Assembly: GCA_964019335.1 (NCBI GenBank)
Contig: OZ025654.1
Coordinates: 372,001-436,000, forward strand
Direction: 5' to 3'
Length of the DNA stretch: 64,000 bases
Origin: Diplonema japonicum
Taxonomy: Eukaryota; Protista; Euglenozoa: Diplonemea
Below are positions 51,502-62,580 of the stretch, piece by piece. The stretch's first letter is position 1. Each line of letters opens with the position of its first letter. The position numbers and the translations under genes are program-made. The notes beneath the pieces are model-generated. The model was not told the origin of the DNA, did not search any database, and was given only the letters and a program-made list of their open reading frames with translations.

Positions 51502-52493
51502 CTTTATTGCAGCAAAAAAGAAAAATAGAAAAAAGAAAGAAAAATAGATTAAGAAGAGAATAGTCAAGAGTCGTTGCCGACACATTCCGTCTTGTACTTA
51601 AATATGGTACGAAAAAATATTTATTGGGCTGCACGGTTTGTGGAATTACTCCACTCCCCAACGCCTCCCTTTTCGGACCTCGCTTTGAAACAGCAGAAAC
51701 AGGGGGGTGCTACGGGCCAAAGAAAACCAAAATAATTGGTGCTTTTCCCGTTTCCATATTAAGTACAAAGTACGGAAGAAGAAGAAAGAAAAAGAAACAA
51801 AGAAGAAAAAGGCAAGGTTTCATACGTGGCACAGAAACCTCCTTTTTTTTTTTCTTCTTTTTCTTTTGTTTGAGTTTGGTATAAAAAAAAAAGAAAGTTA
51901 CAGAAGGTTTTTGCAAAAGTCTTTGAAACGTCTTCTCTCAAAAATATTTTAAAAAAAGATCAAAGATCCATGAACTCCATCATGAAAAGGATAGGAGTTG
52001 TGTTGCTGCGATCGACTAGAAGAAGAACAATATAAAATAATGCATGAAAAAGATGCAGGCCGAGCGATTTTCTGTTCGGAGGGGATCCTCTTGAAGTCCA
52101 CAGACCAGAACGAGTATTCGTTTTCTCTTCTTCGGGGCCCGAATTATTTTATCTTTGCAGTACTACTTTGATGTTCTTTCGAACATTTATCTTCTCTTTT
52201 CTTCTTATTTTTTTCTTTTTTGAAACGCATCAAATACAACAAGGGTTTAGTTACCAGGAAAGAAAGGAAAACGAAAGAAAGGAGGGGGGGGGGGGGGAAC
52301 AGTATTACTTATTTTGATAAAACCCACATTTACTTCAAAGAAAAGGGGGAGTGGGGAGATAAGCTATTTCTTGCTTTATGGGGGGGGGGGGTCTATCTGT
52401 TAATATTTCCCTCTCGAGCATTGCTTAAAATATGGTTCTATACACCTCTCTATAGCACCCATGTATTTCTGCCTCCCTTCTTTTTCCTCCTCC

Positions 52494-55400
52494 CTACACT
52501 AAGAACATCGGATATCTCAGCGAACTATTCGTCTTCAACATATTGACAATCCTGTTGATAGTGGCACTTGAACAGGCCTCTGCCTCGATCGGTGCATAGT
52601 GGCCAGTTTGAAACGCTTCCCAGTATGCAGTGGACCATTCCCACGAAATCTTAACTACTTCTTCATCAAGCCCTATACGCACAAGCCTCGAGTCTTTAAG
52701 CCCAGCAGTGTTCACCTCGTACACCACAGTAGCCTTAGGACCGCTGGATGTCACAAGATACCATTTATCCACGGGCCTGGCGAAAGAGTGAAGAAGAGGC
52801 AAGTTCTTCTCAGAATCATCCGGCATGGGTGTGCAGAATAGACATGTAGTGCACAGTGCCCTGCACGACTCCGAGAGGTTCACTGCCATTGGAACGCAGA
52901 GTCCGTTCACCGCGACGAAACGTTGTGCGCTTGATCCTAAATTACCGCACAAGGTGCTACCTGTTGACAGCCCGACAGAGAGGGTCTTCCCGTTGTGATC
53001 AGCTCGTTTAAAGATGTGGTCGAGAAGCGAGACGCAGCGCAGACTAGTTTCGAAGTGGGAGCTTATCCGCTTTGACGTGTTCCAACCTACTAGTATCGAT
53101 GAGCTGAGCATCCCAACTACGACACCTTCTGTGCGCTCTGCGCATGCTATGACACGTGTTAAGGTATCATTCACCCCATGTACTGTCTCGTCCACGGTTG
53201 CGGAGGTCACGCACACGCAGGCGATCGTCGACGCGGCTACCCGTTCCAGCTTTTCACGAAGAAACTCTGGTGTCTCCTGCACGCTGTCCGAGCTTGTCGT
53301 GAACCCCGAACCTGCGCAAGACGCACGCTTCTCTTCCGTCGACCCGTCGCGTGAATGGGCTCTCATCCGTGTCGGCCGCTTCTGTGCTTTGATCTTTATA
53401 CATGTTTCGATGTGCTCTCTGCGCTTGATCACTTCCTGTGGGATCATGATGTGAATGGTTGCCGCTCCTGCGCCTTTCAGTGCCACCTCTCCCATCGATA
53501 GAACATGCGGTGAGTTCAAACATGCAAGCCCCGAATCCAGAATAGATGAATCCATATTAGACGGTTCTGTCGAAACCTGTTTGATGCAGTCGAGTACATC
53601 GCGTGTGACTGCCACGGCGCCCCCTACACATGCTGCCTCTACACGTGCTGCCCTGTTCACTGTTCCCCCGAAGTAGTCGTAACGTCCCGTTACTCTGTTG
53701 AGCTCTTTCTCTACTGCTCCCCAATGGATCCCGATTCGGATGCGCGGTCCGCACCATTGTTCTTCCACCACCTGAGAGCACGCATCTACGTCTAGCAGTT
53801 CGGAGGGCCAGTGCGCTTTGTAGAGAACCACATGTGCATCGAGCCCGAACTTGCATGCGTCAACAACGGACTCAAAGGCCACCATGAAGGCATCTCCAAT
53901 GGTCTTCACCTCGTACCCGTTGTGTTCTGAGATGCACTCCCGCAAAACGGTGTTGTGTATTTTCAGCCCTTTGTTCATCCCCTCGGGGCACTCCTCCCAC
54001 GAGGCGGTTGACTGTTCGATATCAGTAAACACGATAGCTGCGCTCCCGCTGTCACCAGGCGCAGGAACATTCTTTGGTGAGACCAGAGTTTTAGCTGTTT
54101 GCATCTCAAACAAGGAGTCGGGTAGGTACGGGCGGTACATCTGAAGGTTCTCGATCAGCCGGTAGTACGCCATGTAAAGGTCACTGCTGCTCCCGGAGCT
54201 TGTGTTCAAGTGCTTCGTGGCGGCATCTAAGTTGAACGAGACAAGCGCCTCTGCTATCTTGTGTGCGACCTCGACGCTCTCAACGGCACGCGTTTTCTCA
54301 GCTTCCAGCTTGTCAATATAGTCATATGAGTGCGCTTTGTGCTTTGCTAGGTCAAGGCCTTGCAGTTCAGCTTCCTCAGACGTCCTGACGTCCAATACAA
54401 GCCTCATGCTGAAGTAGATAGCAAAGCTCAACAACACAGCCCATGCAACCACCACGAGAATAGCGACGCACTGGGTTGACAACAGCGTGCCTCCGCCTCC
54501 GTGGAACAGTCCGTAACGCACTGAACCTGTGGTCGCGAGGGCAGCCCTCACCCGTGCCTCATCGGAGAACAGGCCGACAGCAAGCCCGCCCCACAGTCCG
54601 CCGCCGAAGTGCACGGCGCCCGCATCCACTACGTCATCTATCTTCGCGAGGAACACCAGATTAAGTATCACAAAGTAAAAAACTACTGCCACAGCCCCAA
54701 TGATGGGCGCGTATACGGGCGACACGTAAGCACAGCTAGCCGTGATCGAGACAAGCCCGACAAGGACTGTGTTGCAGCAATGTGTCAGCTCGAAGTACCC
54801 GTACAAGATACGCGTGGCAAACATCCCCACGATGCCTGACGTCGCAGACGCCACGAGTGTTGAGATGATGGCGTTTGCCGCGACCTTGCCCCCCCCACCT
54901 GAGAAGGAAACAACGGAGCCGCCGTTGAAGGCGAACCACGCCGTCCACAACAGGAGAGTCCCTGTGGCAAGCTGGAATTTGTTGTGCGGGGCAACGATCT
55001 CGCCCCCTTCAGGGGAGAAGACGCTGATGTTGTCCCTCAGCTTCCGTGGCCCGATCAGCGCAGCAAGTGTAAGTGCATTCGTTCCGCCGAACAAATGAAT
55101 GACAACCGACCCAGAAAAATCAAGTGCACCATCGTTGAGAGAGTCTGTCGACCATGGGCTCAACCACCCCGAGTCGGACCATACCCAGTGCACGACCACA
55201 GGGTACGCAAAAATGGTAACGAAAAATATAATGACAAAATAGGCCTCCAGTGTGATGCGTTCGGCAACGGCGCCTGAGATGATAGTCGCTGCGGTCGTCA
55301 TATAGGTGAAGGAAAGGAAGAAGTGTCCACTAGACTCAGACAGTCCATTGTCTGCGGAGAAAGCGATGCGGTCCCTTGTTATGCCCATGAAAGGAGAGCC

Positions 55401-57200
55401 GCCGCCGTAGGCAATGGAGTATCCGCACAACCACCAGCACAGACCTCCCAAAGCACAGTCTGCGAAGTTCTTGAAGATTATTGAGATTACGGAGCCCGAT
55501 CGCACACACCCTGCTTCCAAAAAGCAGAACCCAAGCTGCATCGAGAACACTAATATCCCACAAATGAGGTTCCACATGATATTAATATCCGTCGACATTA
55601 ACTGGATCTTTGCAGTCAGCTCCTCAGTCCTATTCAGCAGTTCATAGATGGAGGGAGACATATTGGTTAGTTCTGTTGCGAGGGATTCGCCCCCCACTCC
55701 GTCAATGAACATCACGACCAACAGCAGCGAGGTGACACAGGAGCACCGCAGTGCCGCATTCACGTTGCTTTTGAGAAACTTCCACAGCCCTGGTTCGGTG
55801 ATCGTGTCGTCAACGAGGCTGACGTCTATGTTCTCATTGACGTTCATATCCGTACTAAAGTAGGTGCGGGCATAGTCGCAATAATTACCGTGGTGTATCT
55901 TCACGTCCCACTCCTCTGTGTGGTCGTACACGTCGTAGCCTATTGTGACTTTTATCAGCATAAGCACGGACATCGACCAGACCACCCCCCAGGAGAAGAT
56001 GCTTAGGAATCCTATAAGTTGCGATGCCAGAAGCTCGCCTGAACCTCCGGCAAGCAGGCCGTATTCTAAGCCCGTTTGCCCAGGGTACGTCATGCTCAGT
56101 ACCCGCTGTGTTGAGAACAGCCCCGTCGCGACGACCCCCCACGCAGCTGGTAGAAGGTACGTAGCCACAACGCGCATAGGGTCGTCCATGAGCTTGTACG
56201 TTCCGTTCGCCCACCAAACTGCGTAGTATAGAAACACTGCAATTGCGGTCGTGAATGGAACGTGTGACAACGGAATATATGGGACAGCGGTAGAGGCCAT
56301 AGATGCCCCGCATAGCACACAGTGCAGCAGGTGGTGGATGTCAAGGTAGCAATAGAAGCTCTGCGTGATGCAGCAGCTCAGAAGAGCTCCAACCCCGATA
56401 CTAAGCATGGTCCCCGTGCAGCAATGGGCCACCGACCGCGGGGAAAACCCTGCCTCACCTAACCCGCTGGAATTCAAAGCAAAAAAACACATCAAAAGGA
56501 ACAGGGTGCCCGTGGACTGGTACAGTTTGTTGTGCGACGCGACGAACAGCTGCCCTGAAGGAGAGAAAACCGAGATCTTCCCTGGAAGGGAACGGGGCGG
56601 CACGCTGAGCACAGACGCAAGCGTCGCCCCGCCAGCAAAAGCCATCGCAGCGGCCATTCCGTTCACGTCGTACAGACCACTGAGCACCCTGTTTGAGGAC
56701 ATGGGGTTCAACCATCCTGCAGACGCCCACACCCAGTGAAGAGACACAGGGAATGCATACAACCCGCATACTCCTGTGACCAGTGCATATCTTACAATAC
56801 CAAGCCTGCAGACCACAGATGAGGAAAATAGAGTAACGCCAATGAGGGACAGGCCATAAGACGGGAGGTACGTGGCTGCATTTACCTCGTTGAACATATA
56901 TGTTGAAGCTGTCGACATGTAAGAACCGGTGGGGGAGAAGGCCTGGTTGAAGCCGACCATCCACCACACGACGGCACCTATGGAAAGATCCACCAAGTGC
57001 TGGAACAGTGCCCCGATCACGCCCCCACTAGGCAGGGACCCGCTTTTAATCATCCCTAGAGCGAGCGGCAACAACATCTCAATTAACCCACAGAAGAGTA
57101 TCCAGGTCTCTCCTACATCCTTTCGGTGTACGCCCAGATCCTTCCACAGGCTGTCTAATGTATCGCTTGTGTTCTGCAGGAGGCCGTCCGAGTAATTCAT
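52494..57200 (-). CDS. Tandem ammonium transporter (Amt-Amt) fused to a class III adenylate cyclase and a degenerate cyclase domain
   Basis: Likely start MNYSDG (ATG 57200). Amt2 motifs: MQLGFCFLEAG, IISGAVAER, LDFSGSVVIH, WFAFNGGS, IDDVVDAGAVH. Amt1 is divergent. Cyclase motifs: IVFTDIEQST, YEVKTIGDAFM, DYFGGTVNRAARV. Confidence 0.93.
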   Translation of the reverse strand: MNYSDGLLQNTSDTLDSLWKDLGVHRKDVGETWILFCGLIEMLLPLALGMIKSGSLPSGGVIGALFQHLVDLSIGAVVWWMVGFNQAFSPTGSYMSTASTYMFNEVNAATYLPSYGLSLIGVTLFSSSVVCRLGIVRYALVTGVCGLYAFPVSLHWVWASAGWLNPMSSNRVLSGLYDVNGMAAAMAFAGGATLASVLSVPPRSLPGKISVFSPSGQLFVASHNKLYQSTGTLFLLMCFFALNSSGLGEAGFSPRSVAHCCTGTMLSIGVGALLSCCITQSFYCYLDIHHLLHCVLCGASMASTAVPYIPLSHVPFTTAIAVFLYYAVWWANGTYKLMDDPMRVVATYLLPAAWGVVATGLFSTQRVLSMTYPGQTGLEYGLLAGGSGELLASQLIGFLSIFSWGVVWSMSVLMLIKVTIGYDVYDHTEEWDVKIHHGNYCDYARTYFSTDMNVNENIDVSLVDDTITEPGLWKFLKSNVNAALRCSCVTSLLLVVMFIDGVGGESLATELTNMSPSIYELLNRTEELTAKIQLMSTDINIMWNLICGILVFSMQLGFCFLEAGCVRSGSVISIIFKNFADCALGGLCWWLCGYSIAYGGGSPFMGITRDRIAFSADNGLSESSGHFFLSFTYMTTAATIISGAVAERITLEAYFVIIFFVTIFAYPVVVHWVWSDSGWLSPWSTDSLNDGALDFSGSVVIHLFGGTNALTLAALIGPRKLRDNISVFSPEGGEIVAPHNKFQLATGTLLLWTAWFAFNGGSVVSFSGGGGKVAANAIISTLVASATSGIVGMFATRILYGYFELTHCCNTVLVGLVSITASCAYVSPVYAPIIGAVAVVFYFVILNLVFLAKIDDVVDAGAVHFGGGLWGGLAVGLFSDEARVRAALATTGSVRYGLFHGGGGTLLSTQCVAILVVVAWAVLLSFAIYFSMRLVLDVRTSEEAELQGLDLAKHKAHSYDYIDKLEAEKTRAVESVEVAHKIAEALVSFNLDAATKHLNTSSGSSSDLYMAYYRLIENLQMYRPYLPDSLFEMQTAKTLVSPKNVPAPGDSGSAAIVFTDIEQSTASWEECPEGMNKGLKIHNTVLRECISEHNGYEVKTIGDAFMVAFESVVDACKFGLDAHVVLYKAHWPSELLDVDACSQVVEEQWCGPRIRIGIHWGAVEKELNRVTGRYDYFGGTVNRAARVEAACVGGAVAVTRDVLDCIKQVSTEPSNMDSSILDSGLACLNSPHVLSMGEVALKGAGAATIHIMIPQEVIKRREHIETCIKIKAQKRPTRMRAHSRDGSTEEKRASCAGSGFTTSSDSVQETPEFLREKLERVAASTIACVCVTSATVDETVHGVNDTLTRVIACAERTEGVVVGMLSSSILVGWNTSKRISSHFETSLRCVSLLDHIFKRADHNGKTLSVGLSTGSTLCGNLGSSAQRFVAVNGLCVPMAVNLSESCRALCTTCLFCTPMPDDSEKNLPLLHSFARPVDKWYLVTSSGPKATVVYEVNTAGLKDSRLVRIGLDEEVVKISWEWSTAYWEAFQTGHYAPIEAEACSSATINRIVNMLKTNSSLRYPMFLV

Positions 57201-57754
57201 TCCTTTGGTGGTTAGAGGAGTTAGACGTTTAAAAAAGTTCTTAAAAAAGAAAAGGCGAGCGGTGAGGGAAATGATATCTGTCGGGAGGAGGGGGAGGGAA
57301 AATACCCGTAAAGGGAATCTATCCACGGAAAGACGAGGGGGTTAACTTAAAGGCAAAAAACCCACCAAGATGAAAAAATGAAGAAGAAGAAGAAACAAGA
57401 AAAAAAAAAAAAAAAAAAACAGATTCATTTCTACTCAGAAAAAAAAAGAAAGAAAAATTAAAAACATTTTCAGTTTCTTTTCATTCAGAAAAAAAAGAAG
57501 AAGAAAAAAAAAAGAATCACTAAATAATGAGTCATTATGTACTCGGGTTTCCGAGTTCTAAGGTGGCTGGCACCTCCGACTCATTTCAGCGGTAAGAAGT
57601 CATTTATGTCACACTTTTCCACAGTCATTTGAGTCATTCACTGCTGCTCCCTGGCCGCTGTTTCAAGAGCTGCGACGAAAGGTGAAATAAGAAACTTTAA
57701 AAAAAAATAGAAATTGCTTTTGAAAATATGCCGCCTAGGTCTTTTCTCGGCTCG

Positions 57755-57794
<40 letters not shown>

Positions 57795-58663
57795 AACAAA
57801 GCAGAAGAAAGAAAGCGAAAAAAAGAAGAAAACCGAGACAAGTCAAAGACTCACTTGGCACAAAGGAAATCTCTTTCTTCTTTTTTTTTGGCTTTTTCTT
57901 CCGAGCTGAAAGAAGTGAATACTTCATACCGCTGCTCGGCACACAACAAGCGACAAATTCTTAGTCATCAACTCTTTACTTTTTCTTTTTGCTCACAAGG
58001 AAGCGGTACAAACCTTCTTACGGGAGGAAATCCGACAAGGGGGGGGTCAAAACACAAAAAAGTGTCAGGAGTCACACGTCAGAAAGGTCAGCCGCTTTCC
58101 CTAGCATGAGAAGGAATAAAAAAATAGAAAAAGAAAAAGAGAAAAAAATGGGGCTTTTATTGCAACACTAAGTGGCGTTAAGTGTGCAACGAAGGATGAA
58201 CTGTCTCTACTTGATTACAGGAGGCGCACAGCTTCTTCTGTATTCCGCGTCATCCTTAATGCGTGAGGTGCAACTCAACCCTAGACGGGGCGTCCCGGGG
58301 AACTAAGATTCTGTGCTCGTGCAGTTTGCTGCTTGTTCGTCACCCTGAGCGTCTGCAATACGTTTTTCCACAACCAGTGGAGGCCAACAGTGAACAACAC
58401 ATCTGATGTACTTCTTATATATCTAAGTTATCCACCACCCTAAAAAACGAAGAAAAAAACAAGCGGAAAAAAAAGGCTGTACAGATTAGGGAAGAAGAAG
58501 AAGAAGAAAAAAAAAAATATCCCCTGTAGGAGTGGCACGGGGCTTGAGGCCACCTTGTACATCTTACAGAAATCACCCAGTAAAAGGGGGGAAATTACTT
58601 ATTCAGTTTCTTTCGAACGGTTATTAGGTACAAAGCTTACTTAAAAGGATCTCAAAACCATTT

Positions 58664-59185
58664 TCAAAGAAGAAACATTTTGCTGGTACGTCTTCCCGAA
58701 ACAGGCGGACAGCTAGGGGGTGCCTGCTTAGGGATCGGAGGAGCAGCAGCAGCAGACGCCAGCTGCACGTACACCTTCTGCGCAATGGGGCGATTCTCAA
58801 TCATCTCAAATGAAGGTATCTCATTGACAGGGTCTTCAGGCCGATAAACTGAGGCAATAAGACGGATGAGATCGCTTGTGGCCATTGATGCAGACAGAGC
58901 GTCGTACTGGTTAGGCGCTCCCTTCACAGCTTGCACATCGTCCTCATACAGAACCATTGTCTCGATGTGTGAAATGGCAATGCACCGCTCTATAGATGTT
59001 TGAAGGTCGGCAGCATAGCCCTCCTTGTCAAGAAGAAGTACCAGCCGCTTTGACTGCCGACCGTCCCTCCCAGGACGCCCTGACACTTGGAAGAAGTGCA
59101 GCGTGCATGCACCGCTGGAGCTGCTCGCAGACGTAAGGTACTCTACAGGCAGGCCGACGTGGCTTGGGTACTGAGGAATCGGCAT
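58664..59185 (-). CDS. PH-like domain protein, short paralog of 62581..63420 (possibly decaying)
   Basis: About 400 nt nearly identical to 62990-63385; lacks the coiled coil. Confidence 0.65.
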   Translation of the reverse strand: MPIPQYPSHVGLPVEYLTSASSSSGACTLHFFQVSGRPGRDGRQSKRLVLLLDKEGYAADLQTSIERCIAISHIETMVLYEDDVQAVKGAPNQYDALSASMATSDLIRLIASVYRPEDPVNEIPSFEMIENRPIAQKVYVQLASAAAAPPIPKQAPPSCPPVSGRRTSKMFLL

Positions 59186-59910
59186 TTTTTCTCTTTTTTT
59201 TTTTTCTTAATTAGAGGCGGAGCAGTGAATTACATTTGAAAAAGAAAGGAAAAAAAAAAGAAAACTTAACACTGAGTCTGGAGTGTGGGAGAAGAGGGGT
59301 GTAGGGGGGGGGACTGATTTCTAATAACCCTTACGGAAACGAGCACTGATTACTGTAAAATCTCTTAATCTTTGTAATCAGGTTTTTTTTTTTTTCTTTG
59401 CGTTTTTTGTTTTTGTTTTTGTTCTTGAGCGAGATTTTACCACCGATGCAATTCAATCTGACGTAAGCGAGACAGATGGTTCACCATCTCAAGCCCAAGG
59501 TCACTAAGAAACCCTCGAAGAAGAAGAAAAAAAAAAGAAGAAAATCGTGTGGCACGTGTGCAATAAGTCCGGGGTGGTAAGCTGATGGACAGAAGGAAAA
59601 ACCGGGTGCCAAAAAAAAAGAAAAAAAAAGCTCAATCTGCTTTTAAAGCTTTATTGTAGAAAACAAACACCCCCCTGTTCTTTTCTTTTTGGGTTTTTTC
59701 CCACGTTCTGCAAGGATTATAAATACAAGACGGAGAGGTAAAAAAAAGGGGGGGGGGAAGATCGCTTTCTTTCCCCCTTTCTTTTTTCCCCAATATGATG
59801 GGAGAACTATTTAAAAAAAAAAAAAGAAGAAAAAAAAGAACCCCTCGTGCTTTACGCCACCCCATAACTCTTTTAAAGACAGAAAAGATTTGCCAACCCT
59901 TCGTCTCTTT

Positions 59911-60039
59911 AAAAAAGAGTCGGCTGATTGTTGTTGTGCAAAGCCGTTTTCACCTACAGTAGGGATAAACGGACAAGCTGCCTCTACTCTTTTTTGCAAT
60001 AACAATTCCTTTCAAAATCTGTTTACTTGTTCCAGCAAA
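59911..60039. repeat. Repeat family A, longest copy
   Basis: aaaagagtcggctgattgttgttgtgcaaagccgttttcacctacagtagggataaacggacaagctgcc...cttgttccagcaaa. Confidence 0.9.
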
Positions 60040-60456
60040 TAAATAAAAAAAAAAATAGTGTCCGCAAAAACACAACGTCGTGTCTTTGAGAAGACTTTCC
60101 TTATTTTCTTTTTTAATATTTCTTTTGTTTTCCTGGACAATAATAAAATAAATAAAAAAAAAACTGGACATATCTGAAAAAGAAATTGCGTTTTCCTTTT
60201 TTTTTTTCTTTTTGCGTCTCACCGCCTAGTTCTTAAAAAAGAAGTTGATTGTTGTTTGTGCATAGCCAGGGTTAACCACTACTCTTTTTGGCACTAACAA
60301 TTCATTGTCGATACTTATTATATTTGTATTTCTTGTTCATGCAAAAAAAAAAAAGAGGTAGAGGTGGGGGGGGGGGGGGGGGTGAGGTTTTTTCCCCCCC
60401 TCGCTGCTTCGACGGCATTCTTTTCTCTTCTATTTTTTTTTTTCTTTTTCAAAATC

Positions 60457-62423
60457 TCAAAAGAAATCATAATCAGACAGATCAGGACAAAACGTGGGAT
60501 TTTCGTAAGTGTCAACACCGGCTGCGTGCATAAAACCAAGAACGGTATTCACCACAAGAGAAGACGCACCAAGAACAAGCAGCGCAAGAGGAGGGAGCGC
60601 CTCCCAGCTTGTGATAATCGTGGTGTAGCTAGGCCGGCTGTCTACCGCTTCACCAGCTGAAGACGACATCCCAGCCGGCTTCCCCGTAACCTGCGGTGGG
60701 TTACTCAACGGGCTGCCGTACTCGACATACGTCTTTTCGACGCTTGGAGGAGGGGTGTGCGTGAATCTCCTTTTTTTTTTTTTTTTTTTTCTTTTTCTTT
60801 TTTTTTTAAATATTCCCCATACCTTTTAAACTTAAACCATAAAAGCCCCGGAAGGATAAACCCCAAGGCAGATGCAGCTAAACCTCCGGTAAATTCCAAA
60901 ACAAGCCCTAACTGATCGGATGAGAGAAGCACCCCAGGAGGCAATGTCGCGGCAAAGATGATAGCAGTCAACGCATAATGACGTTTGTTGCTCGTGTCGC
61001 CCTTGAGCACCATTGTGGTCAATGCCTGTCTGACTACAAAGAACTCCATGGGGAAGGTGAAGATCATCGTGAATGCGAGGAGAATCCTGGCGACGTTGAT
61101 CGCCTGGTCGCTCTCGGGGGAGAAGTTGTTCAAAATGTTCGGCCGCGTACACCTGAGGAACGTCCCGTACCCGGCGATGGACAGCACGGCGGAGAGAACG
61201 GTGGCGATCCCGATGCTGATGTAAACCACCTTGGGCCAGTCGTCCTTGTTCTTCAAGGAATTCCGCACCAAAAACGACGAATGATGACACACATACGCAA
61301 ACGCTATCACACCAAACGCAGGGAAGAAATTCTTATGAGCAAAGGCCAACCCACTTTCGTCGTACTGTGCATACGGCATAGAACCTAACGTTACGGAGAA
61401 TCGTGTGTATCCTTGTTCGGTTTCCCAATTAACGGATATCTCAGGATGCGACAGTGTAGCAGCACCACGGGGTACCGTTGTGACATCGAGAACGACTGTT
61501 TCCTTGGTGGCGAGGTTCGCGTTGGAGATGTTCTCGCAACGCGGAAACGGGTTTCGTAGAACCTCCGCACCGGCGTAGATTGCAAACGGTGCAACGGAGT
61601 CAACAAGGGTGTCCATGGTTGTGAAGTTGAACTGGAACCCAGCATCGTTTTTCGTGACGCGAGACAATGTGATGTTTTCGTACCCATACTGACAATCGCT
61701 TCGTATGGTCCACACTCCGGGTTGCCCGACGCTGATCCAACCTACGTTGTTGTTCGACAGGTCTTCAAATGTCCCGGCGACATCAGCGGATCTGACAACC
61801 ACAATAATCAACAAGGCAAAAACCCCCAGTATCGACACAGCCGATGTCTTCGCAAGCACCCCGATATCCTTGAATGACGACAACGGCAGGCACACGAAGC
61901 AACCGCACACAACAATGCACAGTTCCCTCGAGCCTCCCATGTATTTTGCGATGTCCCATGTGCTGAATACCGGGTAAAGCGTATCACCTAGAATGATCAA
62001 ATATGACAGCATGGCGCCGTAAGCAAACAGCGCCATTGATATGGACACCACGTAGTAGCCTGTCTTGCCAAGGAGAGAGTGGCACAGGATTTCATAGTCG
62101 TTTATTTTCATTTTGTCGCCGAGGTCGATGATTAATCGGACGGAATACGCTGTCAGGACACCCGTGGCGAGGAGGACGATGAAGGAGAAGAATGCGCCGC
62201 CCTCCTCCATTGCGAAGGGGAGGCCGATGATGCCAGCGCCTACGATGGAGTTTACAAAGTTCGCAACGCCACTCCACATCGAGTGCGTCCCCCGAATGCC
62301 ATGCACTTCTCTTACGTCGCCCGCTGCTGCATCGACTGTCTGGTCCCCCACCACCTCGATATCTACCTCTTCCATTTCAACCTCTTCATGGTCATTCTCC
62401 CTCGCTGCCAAGTCTTCTTCCAT
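60457..62423 (-). CDS. AAAP/SLC38 (SLC38A11-like) amino acid transporter; 2 exons with intron 60770(or 60767)-60822
   Basis: NFVNSIVGAGIIGLPFA, FAYVCHH, GYGTF, FTFPME and LGFILPG. A GTATGG...AG intron joins the ORF to 60457..60708, which supplies the last TM. Confidence 0.9.
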
Positions 62424-62580
62424 CGTTTACAGTATAGCGTGGAAAATAGACTGTATGGTTATTCTTTTCTTCTTCCAAAATAAAAAACACACAAAAAAAA
62501 CAAAAATAACGACAAGGAGAGGAGGGAAAAAGACAAAGCAGTATACACCTATACATTTATGATACATGAGGCCAGGTGGG

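Noticed and set aside
57201-57326. N-terminal extension of the Amt-cyclase ORF, and similar extensions at 11721-11810, 29097-29204, 32507-32611 and 33182-33313
   Set aside because: These begin at non-ATG codons or run through low-complexity leader sequence; the downstream ATGs fit better.
589-60660. Short Lys/Phe-rich ORFs in intergenic DNA (e.g. 835..1179, 29268..29705, 57714..58109)
   Set aside because: They are translations of poly(A)/poly(T) tracts.
45762-62423. A nitrogen 'operon' (PLP enzyme, Amt-cyclase, amino acid transporter)
   Set aside because: The genes are separated by kilobases of repeats and unrelated genes, and euglenozoan clusters are generally not functionally grouped.
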